A DNA stretch of 64,000 nucleotides, from contig CAUATU010000002.1 in NCBI GenBank assembly GCA_958432255.1, forward strand, positions 21,285-85,284. The letters are read 5' to 3'. Shown here piece after piece: positions 1 to 9,741 of the stretch. Under the pieces are notes generated by a model. That model was not told where the DNA came from. It did not search any database and was given only the letters and a program-made list of their open reading frames with translations. Positions within the stretch are counted from its first letter, which is position 1; each line of letters starts with the position of its first letter. This DNA is from an uncultured Collinsella sp. GTDB lineage: Bacteria > Actinomycetota > Coriobacteriia > Coriobacteriales > Coriobacteriaceae. Position numbers and translations under genes: made by a program.

Positions 1-285
1 CTGCTCGCGCTGACGGACGCCGAGGCCCTGGACGCGACGGGTAGCGGAGATACCGAGCTCCTCCATGATCTTGGCGGCCTTGGCCTTGCCATAACCAGGG
101 AGAGACTCGATGAGGGTGGAAACCTTCATGCGGGAAGCGATGGGGTCATCGGAGTTGAGCACGGACTCGAGGGACTTCTCGCCCTTCTTAATCTGCTCGC
201 GAAGCTCAGCGCGGGCATGACGTGCGGCAGCAGCCTTCTCAAGAGCCTGCTTGCGCTGCTCGTCGGTAAGCTGAGGGAGTGCCAT
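1..285 (-). CDS. mihF: integration host factor MihF (actinobacterial mIHF), 3'-partial at window edge
   Basis: Reverse-strand translation MALPQLTDEQRKQALEKAAAARHARAELREQIKKGEKSLESVLNSDDPIASRMKVSTLIESLPGYGKAKAAKIMEELGISATRRVQGLG... matches the mycobacterial mIHF family. ATG at 283-285 preceded by GGAGG. The pyrF-mihF synteny is typical of Actinomycetota. Confidence 0.75.
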   Translation of the reverse strand, partial: MALPQLTDEQRKQALEKAAAARHARAELREQIKKGEKSLESVLNSDDPIASRMKVSTLIESLPGYGKAKAAKIMEELGISATRRVQGLGVRQREQ

Positions 286-337
286 TCGTACCTCCAAATA
301 GTTGGGTTATATCTGATTCAATAATTGGCATTTTAGC

Positions 338-350
338 ACGTAGAACGTAC
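338..350 (-). promoter_or_regulatory. extended -10 promoter (TGcTAAAAT) for mihF
   Basis: Minus strand reads gtGCTAAAATgcc. TG-n-TAAAAT sits about 55 nt upstream of the mihF ATG, and GGAGG sits 6 nt before the ATG. Confidence 0.4.
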
Positions 351-421
351 AAAATGCCCAATCGCGGGTCCATAGGTTAGACGATACCCGCAAAAAGTGC
401 AATATACTGCGCCCAAAGTTA

Positions 422-479
422 AGCCCCTGACCTGCGATTCCACACAAAGGATGGGAAAGTTTACGCAGGCACAGGGGCT
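422..479 (-). terminator. long imperfect hairpin downstream of pyrF (possible terminator, weak U tract)
   Basis: AGCCCCUGUGCCUGCG...CGCAGGUCAGGGGCU inverted repeat lies about 45 nt past the pyrF stop. The following U run is poor. Confidence 0.3.
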
Positions 480-524
480 ATTTTGTGCTAATGAGACCCA
501 AAAGTGGTGACTTAGGGGAATCTT

Positions 525-1241
525 TTACGCGACGTTTTCGACCAGCTCGGCGACGATGGCGTCAAAGGCGGCAACCGGATCGTCGGCACCAGTGATGGGA
601 CGGCCCACCACAATGTGGCTTGCGCCTCGCTCGATAGCCTGGGAAGGCGTCGCCACGCGAGACTGATCACCAAGGGCGGCACCCACCGGACGCACACCCG
701 GAGTCACGATCAGGGCATCAGGACCCAGCAGCTCACGCATGTCGTGAGCCTCCATCGGCGAGCACACGATGCCATCGATGCCGTTGGCCTGAGCGAGCTT
801 TGCCAGGCGGGCGGCCTCCTCGGCCACGGGCGACTCGACGCCGATCTCGCTCAAGGCATCCTGATTCATGCTCGTGAGAACGGTGATGGCGACGAGCTTG
901 GCGCGGTCCTCGCGCGCCTCCTCGGCACCCTCGCGGCAGGCAGCGAGCATGGCGCCCGAACCCAAGCCGTGGACCGAAAGCAGGTCGGCACCGGCAAGCG
1001 AAGCCGAGCGGGCGGCACCGCGAACCTGATGCGGAATGTCATGAAACTTAAGGTCAAGGAAGACCTTAAAGCCCAGGTCCTTAAAGGTCTTGACGATCTG
1101 GGGACCCTCGGCGTAATAGAGCGTCATGCCAACCTTGAGCCAGGCGGCATGACCCGAAAGCTCGTGGGCAAGCTCGAGCGCACGCTCACGGTCGCAGTCG
1201 AGGGCGACGATTACGCGGTCGCGGGCATCGGTCTCTAGCAT
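525..1241 (-). CDS. pyrF: orotidine 5'-phosphate decarboxylase
   Basis: 238 aa ODCase-family protein (motifs DLKFHDIP and VGRPI). It is the last gene of the pyr cluster. Confidence 0.9.
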   Translation of the reverse strand: MLETDARDRVIVALDCDRERALELAHELSGHAAWLKVGMTLYYAEGPQIVKTFKDLGFKVFLDLKFHDIPHQVRGAARSASLAGADLLSVHGLGSGAMLAACREGAEEAREDRAKLVAITVLTSMNQDALSEIGVESPVAEEAARLAKLAQANGIDGIVCSPMEAHDMRELLGPDALIVTPGVRPVGAALGDQSRVATPSQAIERGASHIVVGRPITGADDPVAAFDAIVAELVENVA

Positions 1242-2143
1242 TCGAAAGCACCTACCAGTTCGTTAATGTCCTTCACGCCCTGGGACTCGGCCCAGGCCTC
1301 GAGCTCATGCGCTATCTTGAGCGAAGCGCACGGATCGACGAAGTTGGCCATACCGACCGACACGCAGGTGGCGCCGGCCAGGATAAACTCAGCCGCATCC
1401 TCACCGGTCATGACACCGCCGACACCGTTGATGGGGATATCGACGGCCTGGGCAACCTCCCAGACCATGCGCACGGCGATGTGATGACACAGCGGGCCCG
1501 AAAGGCCGCCCTTGGGCTTTGCCACGCGGGACTTGCGGGTATGGACGTCGATGGCCATGCCCTGGATGGAGTTGATGACCGAAAGGCCGTCGGCACCGGC
1601 AGCCTCGAGAGCCTTGGCAATCTCGGCGACGTTGACCGGCGCCATCTTCACGAACAGCGGCTTATCGGTCACCTTGCGGCAGGCAGCCATAACGGAAGAG
1701 GCGCCCTCGGGCGTGGAGCCCATGGCGGCACCGCCGGCGGCGATATTAGGGCAGCTCACGTTGATCTCGTAGCCGGCAGCCCAGGGGCACAGCTCGACAT
1801 ACATCTCGAGTGCGCGGACAAACTCGTCAACGGAGTGGCCGGCAACCTGACAGATGACCTGGCAGCCGTCCTTGGACAACTGTTCGAGCCACGGACCGGA
1901 CTCGCGGGCAAAGGCGGCCACGCCGGGGTTCTGAAGGCCCACGGAGTTGATCATACCGCCGGGAATCTCGGCCATGCGGGGCGCGGGGTTGCCGGGCCAG
2001 GGCTCGGCAGCGCAACCCTTGGTGGTGATGGCGCCCAGCTGGGAAACATCAAAGAAGTTCTGGAACTGCCAACCGTAGCCAAAGGTACCGGCTGCGGTGT
2101 TGATGGGGTTCTGCATCTTGACGCCGCCGAAATCGACGGCCAT
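1235..2143 (-). CDS. pyrD: dihydroorotate dehydrogenase (class 1B) catalytic subunit
   Basis: Conserved core MAVDFGGVKMQNPINTAAGTFGYG....NVSCPN. The track ORF is extended upstream into pyrK. Start set at the ATG (MAVDFGG). An alternative GTG at 2158 overlaps the pyrK stop and has AAGGTGG upstream. Confidence 0.85.
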   Translation of the reverse strand: MAVDFGGVKMQNPINTAAGTFGYGWQFQNFFDVSQLGAITTKGCAAEPWPGNPAPRMAEIPGGMINSVGLQNPGVAAFARESGPWLEQLSKDGCQVICQVAGHSVDEFVRALEMYVELCPWAAGYEINVSCPNIAAGGAAMGSTPEGASSVMAACRKVTDKPLFVKMAPVNVAEIAKALEAAGADGLSVINSIQGMAIDVHTRKSRVAKPKGGLSGPLCHHIAVRMVWEVAQAVDIPINGVGGVMTGEDAAEFILAGATCVSVGMANFVDPCASLKIAHELEAWAESQGVKDINELVGAFEC

Positions 2144-2157
2144 GTTCACGGTACCCA

Positions 2158-2949
2158 CTAGAAGACCACCACCTTGGAAGCATCGAACACGGGGCCGCAC
2201 ATGCAAGCGCCCTTCATACCGTCGACCGTCTCGACATTGCAGGTGTTGCAGGCGCCAAAGCCACAGCTCATCATGCGCTCGAGCGACACCTCGCAGTACG
2301 CACCGGCCTCGGCGGCAGCGGCGGCGACTTTCTTCATCATGACAGCGGGGCCGCAGCTGGCCACATAGTCGTAGCCGCCCTCTCCGAGCAGCTCGGCTGC
2401 CGGGTCGGTGCAAAAACCGTGCGTGCCCAGCGTGCCATCATCGGTGCACACGTTAACCGTGGCGCCCAGCGCGCGGAACTCATCGACACCCACGGCCTTG
2501 GAAGCGGTGCCAAAGCCCAGGCAAACGTCGACATCCACGCCCTGCTCGACAAGCTTGCCGGCGAGGCAGAGCACGGGCGGAACGCCGATGCCGCCCGCCA
2601 CGAGCAGCGCCTTCCTGGTGCCCTCGGGAACAAGCCAGCCGCGGCCGCCAGGGCCCAACAGGTTGGACTTGGAGCCGGGGGCCATCTGCGACAGACGACG
2701 GGTGTCGTCGCCCACGACGGCGTACCACAGCTCGACGGTACCGGCCTGGGCGTCGGCGCGATAGAAGCTCAGGGGCACGCGAAGCAGCGAGGACGCATCG
2801 CCGGGCACGGCGATGTTCACAAACTGACCGGGCTTGAGCGCACTTGCAAGCTTGGGGGCCGAGATGACGAGCGAGAAGATGCCGTCGGCGATCTCCTGGT
2901 TCGAGACGACCTCGAAGTCGTGCATGCGTGCAGTGGAAGGTGTGGGCAT
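2158..2949 (-). CDS. pyrK: dihydroorotate dehydrogenase electron transfer subunit (FAD and 2Fe-2S)
   Basis: 263 aa with the C-terminal cysteine cluster CGFGACNTCNVETVDGMKGACMCGPVF. It lies immediately upstream of pyrD. Confidence 0.85.
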   Translation of the reverse strand: MPTPSTARMHDFEVVSNQEIADGIFSLVISAPKLASALKPGQFVNIAVPGDASSLLRVPLSFYRADAQAGTVELWYAVVGDDTRRLSQMAPGSKSNLLGPGGRGWLVPEGTRKALLVAGGIGVPPVLCLAGKLVEQGVDVDVCLGFGTASKAVGVDEFRALGATVNVCTDDGTLGTHGFCTDPAAELLGEGGYDYVASCGPAVMMKKVAAAAAEAGAYCEVSLERMMSCGFGACNTCNVETVDGMKGACMCGPVFDASKVVVF

Positions 2950-3041
2950 AGACGCTCCAATCCCCCATGCGATTGCATGGTCAAAACGAACAGAAAGCGC
3001 GGCACCGCAAGGGCACCGCGCACAAAAGCGATAAGGCTATG

Positions 3042-4331
3042 CTAGCAGATGCAGCCGTCGGCGAGCGTCTGCTTACCGCCGACAAACACATCGGTGGCAC
3101 GACCGGTAAGCGTGCGGCCGGCAAAACCGGAGTTCTCGGCGCGCGACTCATAACCGTCCTCACCGACCGTCCAGGTGGCAGAGGGGTCGAACACGGTCAG
3201 GTCGGCAACGGAGCCCGCCTTGACCTGAACCTGGTCGAGGCCCAGAATCTCACGCGGCTTGATGGCCATGAGCTCGACCATGCGGCCCACGCTTATCTTG
3301 CCCGTGTTGACCAGCTCGGTGAGTACGAGCGACAGGGAGGTCTCAAGGCCGATCATGCCAAAGGGCGCAAGCTCGAACTCGCGGGCCTTCTCCCACGGGG
3401 TGTGGGGAGCGTGATCGGTGACGATAGCGTCGACGGTGCCGTCGATGACGCCCTGACGGATGGCCTCGGCATCTTCCTCGGTACGCAGCGGCGGATTGAC
3501 CTTGAGCGAGGTGTTGTAGGTCTCGTCCAGGTCGTTCTCAGTCAGGAACATGTGGTGCGGGGTAGCCTCGCAGGTAACCTGAACGCCAGCGGCCTTACCG
3601 GCACGCACGATCTCCAGACCATGGGCGGTGGAGATGTGCTGGATGTGCAGCTTGGCACCGGTCAGCTTGGCGATCTCGATGTCGCGGGCGATCTGGAGCT
3701 CCTCGCCGGCAGCCGGCCAACCCTCGAGGGCCAGACGGGTCGAGACCTTGCCCTCGTTGATCTGGCCATGGCCGACCAGGTCCTCGTCCTGGCAGTGGCT
3801 CATGAAGACCTTGCCGAACATCTTGCCGTAGTCCATGCAGCGACGGAGCATGCCCGCGCCCTGCACGCCGCGACCGTCATCGGTGAAGGCGACGGCGCCG
3901 TGGGCGACCATATCGCCCATCTCGGACATGGCCTCGCCCTTAAGACCGCGGGTCATGGCGCCCGACGGATAGACGCGGCAGTGGCCGACCTCGGCAGCGC
4001 GGGACTTGACGAACTCCACGACAGTGCCGTTATCGGTGACGGGATCGGTGTTGGGCATGGCGCACACGCCGGTAAAGCCGCCCTTGGCAGCTGCGCGGGT
4101 GCCGCTCTCGATGTCCTCTTTGACCTCGTAGCCGGGCTCGCGAAGGTGAACGTGCATGTCCACCAGGCCGGGGACGAGGTACTTGCCGGAAAGGTCGCGG
4201 ACCTCGGCCCCCTCGACGGCGAGATTCTCGCCGACCTCGGCGATCTTGTCGCCGTCAATCAGGACGTCAACGACACCGTCAAGCTCGACGGACGGGTCGA
4301 CGACGTGGGCATTCTTAAGAAGCAAGGCCAT
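3042..4331 (-). CDS. pyrC: dihydroorotase
   Basis: Amidohydrolase with HVHLREPG and DHAPH motifs. Start moved to MALLLKNAHVVDP (M6 of the track ORF), which has GGAGGTG 7 nt upstream and overlaps the pyrB end by 17 nt. Confidence 0.9.
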   Translation of the reverse strand: MALLLKNAHVVDPSVELDGVVDVLIDGDKIAEVGENLAVEGAEVRDLSGKYLVPGLVDMHVHLREPGYEVKEDIESGTRAAAKGGFTGVCAMPNTDPVTDNGTVVEFVKSRAAEVGHCRVYPSGAMTRGLKGEAMSEMGDMVAHGAVAFTDDGRGVQGAGMLRRCMDYGKMFGKVFMSHCQDEDLVGHGQINEGKVSTRLALEGWPAAGEELQIARDIEIAKLTGAKLHIQHISTAHGLEIVRAGKAAGVQVTCEATPHHMFLTENDLDETYNTSLKVNPPLRTEEDAEAIRQGVIDGTVDAIVTDHAPHTPWEKAREFELAPFGMIGLETSLSLVLTELVNTGKISVGRMVELMAIKPREILGLDQVQVKAGSVADLTVFDPSATWTVGEDGYESRAENSGFAGRTLTGRATDVFVGGKQTLADGCIC

Positions 4332-5259
4332 TATCGGCACCTCCAAGCAGCAGATACAGGATAGCCATACGCACGCAGATACCGGCGTAGACCTGCTCCA
4401 GGATGACGGAGCGTTGCGGGTGGTCGGCCATATAGGAGTCGAACTCGACGCCGCGGTTGATGGGGCCCGGGTGGCAGATGATCGCGTCGGGCTTCATGAG
4501 CTTCTCGCGGTCCTTGGTCAGGCCGAAGAGCTTGTGGTACTCGCGAATGGTCGGGAACGGGGCACCCTCGAGGCGCTCCTGTTGCACGCGCAGCATGTAG
4601 ACGACGTCCAGCTCGGGCAGGACGGAATCGAGGTCGCTCGTCACGTGGTCGCAGCCCAGGACCTCGGGCGACGGCGGCAGCAGCGTGCCGGGGGCGACGG
4701 CGTAGGTCTCGCAGCCCATGATCTTAAGGGCGGGGATCAGCGAGCCGCAAACGCGGGAGTGGGCGATATCGCCGACGACGGCGACCTTCAGACCGTGGAA
4801 GTCACCCTTGTGCTCCCAGATGGTGTACAGGTCGAGCAGGGCCTGCGTAGGATGGTTGTGCTTGCCGTCACCGGCGCAGATGACGCTTGCGGGCGAGTTC
4901 TGCGTGACGATGTAGGGAGCGCCGGCGTGCTTGTCGCGCACGACGATGCAGTCGATCTTATAGGCGTTGAGGGTCTCGACGGTGTCGACGAGGCTCTCGC
5001 CCTTGACCGTGGAGGTCGAGGAGCCGCCAAAGTTAAGACTGTCGGCCGAAAGACGCTTCTCGGCGAGCTCGAAAGAGCTGCGGGTGCGCGTCGAGGGCTC
5101 GTTGAACATGTTGACGATGGTCTTGCCCTTGAGCGTGGGGACCTTCTTGATGGCACGCTCGTTGACCTCGGAGAACGCCTTGGCGGTCTCGAGGATGAGC
5201 TTGATATCCTCTTCGGAGTACTCGGTAATGTCGATCAGGTGCTTATGGTTGAACGCCAC
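4315..5259 (-). CDS. pyrB: aspartate carbamoyltransferase catalytic subunit
   Basis: ATCase motifs STRTR and HPGP. The track ORF over-extends into pyrR. Start set at the GTG (VAFNHKHL...), which has GGGAGGTG upstream. Confidence 0.88.
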   Translation of the reverse strand: MAFNHKHLIDITEYSEEDIKLILETAKAFSEVNERAIKKVPTLKGKTIVNMFNEPSTRTRSSFELAEKRLSADSLNFGGSSTSTVKGESLVDTVETLNAYKIDCIVVRDKHAGAPYIVTQNSPASVICAGDGKHNHPTQALLDLYTIWEHKGDFHGLKVAVVGDIAHSRVCGSLIPALKIMGCETYAVAPGTLLPPSPEVLGCDHVTSDLDSVLPELDVVYMLRVQQERLEGAPFPTIREYHKLFGLTKDREKLMKPDAIICHPGPINRGVEFDSYMADHPQRSVILEQVYAGICVRMAILYLLLGGADNGLAS

Positions 5260-5263
5260 GGTA

Positions 5264-5925
<662 letters not shown>

Positions 5926-6101
5926 ACCCACAGGAAGGGCTGCTCTTTGGCAGCAATGTAATTCCATGTGGGTATCTCGTACCCCTTTAATGGTCAAGGG
6001 ATAGTGTAGCCAACCTCGAGCTTAATTGCGAGCATAAATACAGAGCAATCCGTAAACGGAGCCCAATGCTCCATAAACCTATATATATTTGTGGGACGAG
6101 C

Positions 6102-6130
6102 TTGAAAACGCGCGCACGAGCTGGCATAAT
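6102..6130 (+). promoter_or_regulatory. sigma70-like promoter TTGAAA-N17-CATAAT upstream of rpmB
   Basis: -35 TTGAAA at 6102-6107 and -10 CATAAT at 6125-6130 with a 17-nt spacer. The leader to the rpmB ATG is about 160 nt. Confidence 0.5.
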
Positions 6131-6204
6131 CCCCTCTGCTGCACGCAAATCGGATCTACGTCCAGGGCCGTGGCGTGAGCACTATCGCCAAAAGAGGAAT
6201 ATCT

Positions 6205-6283
6205 CTGTGTAGATTACGCACAGGGAGCTGCTTCTGTGCTATAGTTCAGGCTTGTTTGTTAACGCGACATGTTCGTTTGTCGC
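6205..6283 (+). promoter_or_regulatory. rpmB 5' leader with mutually exclusive hairpins (CUGUG/CACAG/CUGUG) and a GCGAC/GUCGC hairpin abutting the SD
   Basis: CACAG (6219-6223) can pair with either the upstream CTGTG (6205-6209) or the downstream CTGTG (6234-6238). GCGAC...GTCGC (6264-6283) lies immediately before AAGGAGG. Confidence 0.3.
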
Positions 6284-6299
6284 CCAAGGAGGGTCAGTT

Positions 6300-6488
6300 A
6301 TGTCCAAAGTTTGCGAAGTTTGCGGTAAGCACCCCGTTGCCGGTCGCTCCATCAGCCACTCTCACCGCGTCACCAACCGTAAGTTCCGCCCCAACATCCA
6401 GCGCGTCTACGTCGTCGTCGATGGTCACCGTCGCAAGATGAACGTTTGCTCCACCTGCCTCAAGTCCGGCAAGGTTGCGCGCTCCTAA
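6300..6488 (+). CDS. rpmB: 50S ribosomal protein L28
   Basis: MSKVCEVCGKHPVAGRSISHSHRVTNRKFRPNIQRVYVVVDGHRRKMNVCSTCLKSGKVARS. AAGGAGG lies 6 nt upstream. The track ORF starts 16 codons too early. Confidence 0.92.
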   Translation: MSKVCEVCGKHPVAGRSISHSHRVTNRKFRPNIQRVYVVVDGHRRKMNVCSTCLKSGKVARS

Positions 6489-6556
6489 ATAAGGTCTTAC
6501 CAACAAGTACCTCGGACTCTCCGGGTCAAAGACCTCGCGTTCATATAGAACTTACC

Positions 6557-6590
6557 AAAGGCGCTCTCCCCTACGGAGGGCGCCTTTTTG
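6557..6590 (+). terminator. rho-independent terminator of rpmB
   Basis: GGCGCUCUCC-CCUAC-GGAGGGCGCC forms a 10-bp stem with one G-U pair, followed by UUUUU. Confidence 0.7.
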
Positions 6591-6631
6591 CACTCATTTG
6601 GGACAGACTTACATGAGTGTTTGCAGATGTC

Positions 6632-6880
6632 AAAGGGATCGTAGCCCAGCTGGTATGCCCTGTAGCTTGACCAGCGGTACGCCTCGATTGAGCCAAGCGC
6701 ACCTTTCACGAGATTGAGACGAATATAGTCGAGCAGCTGCACCGCCTGCGTGTCTGACTCAACCGCGACCCGCGAATAGCAATTGTCAAAAAGATGCCCC
6801 GTTCTTCCCGTTTTCCGATTGAAATTCTCATGTAAGTCCGTCCCCAATGAGCGGGGCGATGCAGCAGGCAGATAGTTTTA
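6632..6880 (-). pseudogene. C-terminal remnant of an IS200/IS605-family (COG1943, RAYT-like) transposase
   Basis: Translation ...GRTGHLFDNCYSRVAVESDTQAVQLLDYIRLNLVKGALGSIEAYRWSSYRAY matches the C-terminal half of this family (RFWDH-VIRDE--L---V-YIH-NPVK-GLV--WPYSS). The N-terminal HuH half is absent. An in-frame stop lies just upstream and the ORF tail runs through the rpmB terminator. Confidence 0.55.
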
Positions 6881-7004
6881 GTTAAAGCGGTTCATTTTAT
6901 TGAAGCGTTTTAGTGTGCCTTTTACAGGAATCTTACCGTTCGCCGAATAATTTCTTGCTATCATGCAAGGCGTAGGGTAAATCTCCGATCGCAAGGAGAC
7001 ACAA

Positions 7005-9653
7005 ATGGTGAAAAAGTCACCGGAAAACACTACTCCCGCAATTGTGGACAACGTAGAGGCGCTTGAGGCTAAGCTCGCTCAGATGCGAGAGGCCCAGGCG
7101 CTTTTTGCTACGTACACGCAGGAGCAGGTCGACAAGATCTTCTATGAGGCCGCCATGGCCGCCAACAAGGCTCGTATCCCGTTGGCGAAGATGGCCATCG
7201 AGGAGACCGGCCGCGGCGTTCTTGAAGACAAGGTCATCAAGAACCACTACGCCGCAGAGTACATCTACAACGCTTACAAGAACACCAAGACCTGTGGTGT
7301 CCTGGAGCGCGACGAGGCTTACGGCATCACCAAGATCGCCGAGCCCATCGGCATCGTGGGCGCCGTCATCCCGACGACCAACCCCACCTCCACCGCGATC
7401 TTCAAGACGCTGATCAGCCTGAAGACCCGCAATGCCATCATCATCTCCCCGCACCCGGCTGCCGCCAAGTGCACCATCGCCGCCGCCAAGCTCGTGCTTG
7501 ACGCCGCCGTCAAGGCTGGTGCCCCCGAGGGCATCATCGGCTGGGTCGATGTCCCCTCCATCGAGCTGACCAACATGGTCATGCGCGACGTCGACATCAT
7601 CCTCGCCACCGGTGGCCCGGGCATGGTCAAGGCCGCTTACTCCTCGGGCAAGCCCGCCCTGGGCGTTGGCGCCGGTAACACCCCGGTCGTCATCGACGAC
7701 ACCGCCGACGTGCTGCTCGCCGTCAACTCCATCATCCACTCCAAGACCTTCGACAACGGCATGATCTGCGCTTCCGAGCAGTCCGTGACCGTCATCGACA
7801 CCATCTATGACCAGGTCAAGGCCGAGTTCCAGAAGCGCGGCTGCTACTTCGTCAAGCAGGGTGCCGAGATGGAGGCCCTGCGTGCCGCCATGTTCAAGAA
7901 CGGTGCCCTCGATCACCGCATCCCCGGCATGGCTGCCGCCAAGATCGCCGAGCTCGCCGGCATCGAGGTTCCTGCCAAGACCAAGATCCTGATCGCCGAG
8001 GTCACCTCCACCGACCCCGCCAAGGAGGAGTTCTCCCACGAGAAGCTCTCCCCGGTCCTGGCCATGTATCACGCCAAGGACTTCCAGGAGGCCGTCGACA
8101 AGGCCGAGCACCTGGTGCTCGCCGGTGGCCCGGGCCACACCGCCTCTCTGTACGTGCACCCCGCCCAGGCCGAGAAGATCAGCCTGTTCGAGCACGTCAT
8201 GAAGGCCTGCCGTATCGTCATCAACACCCCGTCCTCGCACGGCGGCATCGGTGACCTGTACAACTTTGGCATGAAGCCGTCTCTGACCCTGGGCTGCGGC
8301 TCCTGGGGCGGCAACTCCGTCTCCGAGAACGTTGGGGTGAAGCACTTGATCAACGTTAAGACTGTGGCCGAGCGCCGTGAGAACATGCTGTGGTTCCGCG
8401 CTCCCGAGAAGGTCTACTTCAAGAAGGGTTCCACGCCCGTCGCCCTCGACGAGCTGGGCAACGTCATGGGCAAGAAGCGCGCCTTCATCGTCACCGACCA
8501 GTTCCTCTTCAAGAATGGCAACACCCGCGCCATCGAGGCCAAGCTCGACGAGATGGGCATCGCCCACGACTGCTTCTATGACGTCGAGCCCGATCCGTCG
8601 CTGCAGTGCGCACGTCGCGGCGCCAAGCAGATGGCTCTCTTTGAGCCGGACGTCATCATTGCCGTCGGCGGTGGCTCCGCTATGGACGCCGGCAAGATCA
8701 TGTGGATGATGTACGAGCACCCCGAGTGCAAGTTCGAGGACATGGCCATGGACTTCATGGACATCCGCAAGCGCATCTTCACCTTCCCCGAGATGGGTAA
8801 GAAGGCCTACTTCGTCGCCGTCCCGACCTCTTCGGGTACCGGCTCCGAGTGCACGCCGTTCGCCATCATCACCGACAAGGAGACCGGCATCAAGTGGCCG
8901 CTCGCCGACTACGCGCTGCTCCCCAACATGGCTATCGTCGACGCCGACAACTGCATGACCGCCCCGCGCGGCCTGACCGCTGCCTCCGGCATCGACGTCA
9001 TGACCCACGCCATCGAGTCCTACGTCTCCATCATGGCTTCCGACTACACCAAGGGCCTCTCCGAGCGCGCTGCCAAGCTCGTCTTCGAGAACCTGCCCTC
9101 CAGCTTCACGAACGGCGCCAAGGACCCGCATGCCCGCGAGGAGATGCACAACGCCTCCTGCATGGCCGGTATGGCCTTCGCCAACGCCTTCCTGGGCCTC
9201 AACCATTCCATGGCCCACAAGCTCGGCGCCTTCCATCACCTGCCCCACGGCCTCGCAAACGCCGTCATCCTGACCCGCGTCATGCGCTACAACGCCGCCG
9301 AGGCTCCCGTAAAGATGGGCACCTTCTCCCAGTATCCTTATCCCAACGCGCTGCACAACTACGCCGAGATGGCCAAGTACTGCGGCATCGAGGGCAAGGA
9401 CGACAAGGAGGTCTTCGAGAACTTCATCACGAAGCTCGAGGAGCTCAAGGACTTCATCGGCGTCAAGAAGACCATCGCCGACTACGGTGTTGACGAGCAG
9501 TACTTCCTCGACACCCTCGACGAGATGACCGAGCAGGCATTCAACGACCAGTGCACCGGCGCTAACCCGCGCTACCCGCTCATGAGCGAGATCAAGGAGC
9601 TCTACCTGGACGCCTACTACGGCCGCGAGCCCCAGGACTACGCCGTCTGCTAG
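7005..9653 (+). CDS. adhE: bifunctional acetaldehyde-CoA dehydrogenase / alcohol dehydrogenase AdhE
   Basis: 882 aa with an N-terminal ALDH domain and a C-terminal Fe-ADH domain (GGGSAMDAGK). AAGGAG lies 7 nt upstream of the ATG. Confidence 0.95.
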   Translation: MVKKSPENTTPAIVDNVEALEAKLAQMREAQALFATYTQEQVDKIFYEAAMAANKARIPLAKMAIEETGRGVLEDKVIKNHYAAEYIYNAYKNTKTCGVLERDEAYGITKIAEPIGIVGAVIPTTNPTSTAIFKTLISLKTRNAIIISPHPAAAKCTIAAAKLVLDAAVKAGAPEGIIGWVDVPSIELTNMVMRDVDIILATGGPGMVKAAYSSGKPALGVGAGNTPVVIDDTADVLLAVNSIIHSKTFDNGMICASEQSVTVIDTIYDQVKAEFQKRGCYFVKQGAEMEALRAAMFKNGALDHRIPGMAAAKIAELAGIEVPAKTKILIAEVTSTDPAKEEFSHEKLSPVLAMYHAKDFQEAVDKAEHLVLAGGPGHTASLYVHPAQAEKISLFEHVMKACRIVINTPSSHGGIGDLYNFGMKPSLTLGCGSWGGNSVSENVGVKHLINVKTVAERRENMLWFRAPEKVYFKKGSTPVALDELGNVMGKKRAFIVTDQFLFKNGNTRAIEAKLDEMGIAHDCFYDVEPDPSLQCARRGAKQMALFEPDVIIAVGGGSAMDAGKIMWMMYEHPECKFEDMAMDFMDIRKRIFTFPEMGKKAYFVAVPTSSGTGSECTPFAIITDKETGIKWPLADYALLPNMAIVDADNCMTAPRGLTAASGIDVMTHAIESYVSIMASDYTKGLSERAAKLVFENLPSSFTNGAKDPHAREEMHNASCMAGMAFANAFLGLNHSMAHKLGAFHHLPHGLANAVILTRVMRYNAAEAPVKMGTFSQYPYPNALHNYAEMAKYCGIEGKDDKEVFENFITKLEELKDFIGVKKTIADYGVDEQYFLDTLDEMTEQAFNDQCTGANPRYPLMSEIKELYLDAYYGREPQDYAVC

Positions 9654-9671
9654 TTTTTAGCACGGTTATTT

Positions 9672-9716
9672 GCGGCGGGGGTGCACGGGTGAACGCACGC
9701 CCCCGCCGTTGCTTCT
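9672..9716 (+). terminator. probable intrinsic terminator after adhE
   Basis: CGGCGGGGGUG...CGCCCCCGCCG GC-rich hairpin followed by a UUGCUUCU tail. Confidence 0.45.
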
Positions 9717-9741
9717 ATCGCATCGTTGAAAGGATGCAATC

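Noticed and set aside
6175-6441. Plus-strand ORF 6175..6441 (88 aa) overlapping rpmB in another frame
   Set aside because: It has no SD or homology, sits out of frame over the highly conserved L28 gene, and its Ala/Ser/Thr-rich composition is typical of GC-frame artefacts.
6848-7004. CcpA cre-like site TGAAGCGTTTTAGT upstream of adhE
   Set aside because: It matches about 12 of 14 positions, but only in one half. cre and CcpA are Firmicute features and are not expected in an actinobacterial-type genome. Low-information AT-rich leader.
7017-9356. Very long antisense ORFs in the track (for example 779 aa opposite adhE, 1084 aa at 31556-34810 opposite glyS/glyQ, 596 aa opposite proS, 494 aa at 25775-27259)
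   Set aside because: They are low-complexity, Gly/Ala/Arg/Asp-rich translations of the opposite strand of strongly conserved genes. This is the usual artefact of high GC content and no stops in the antisense frame.
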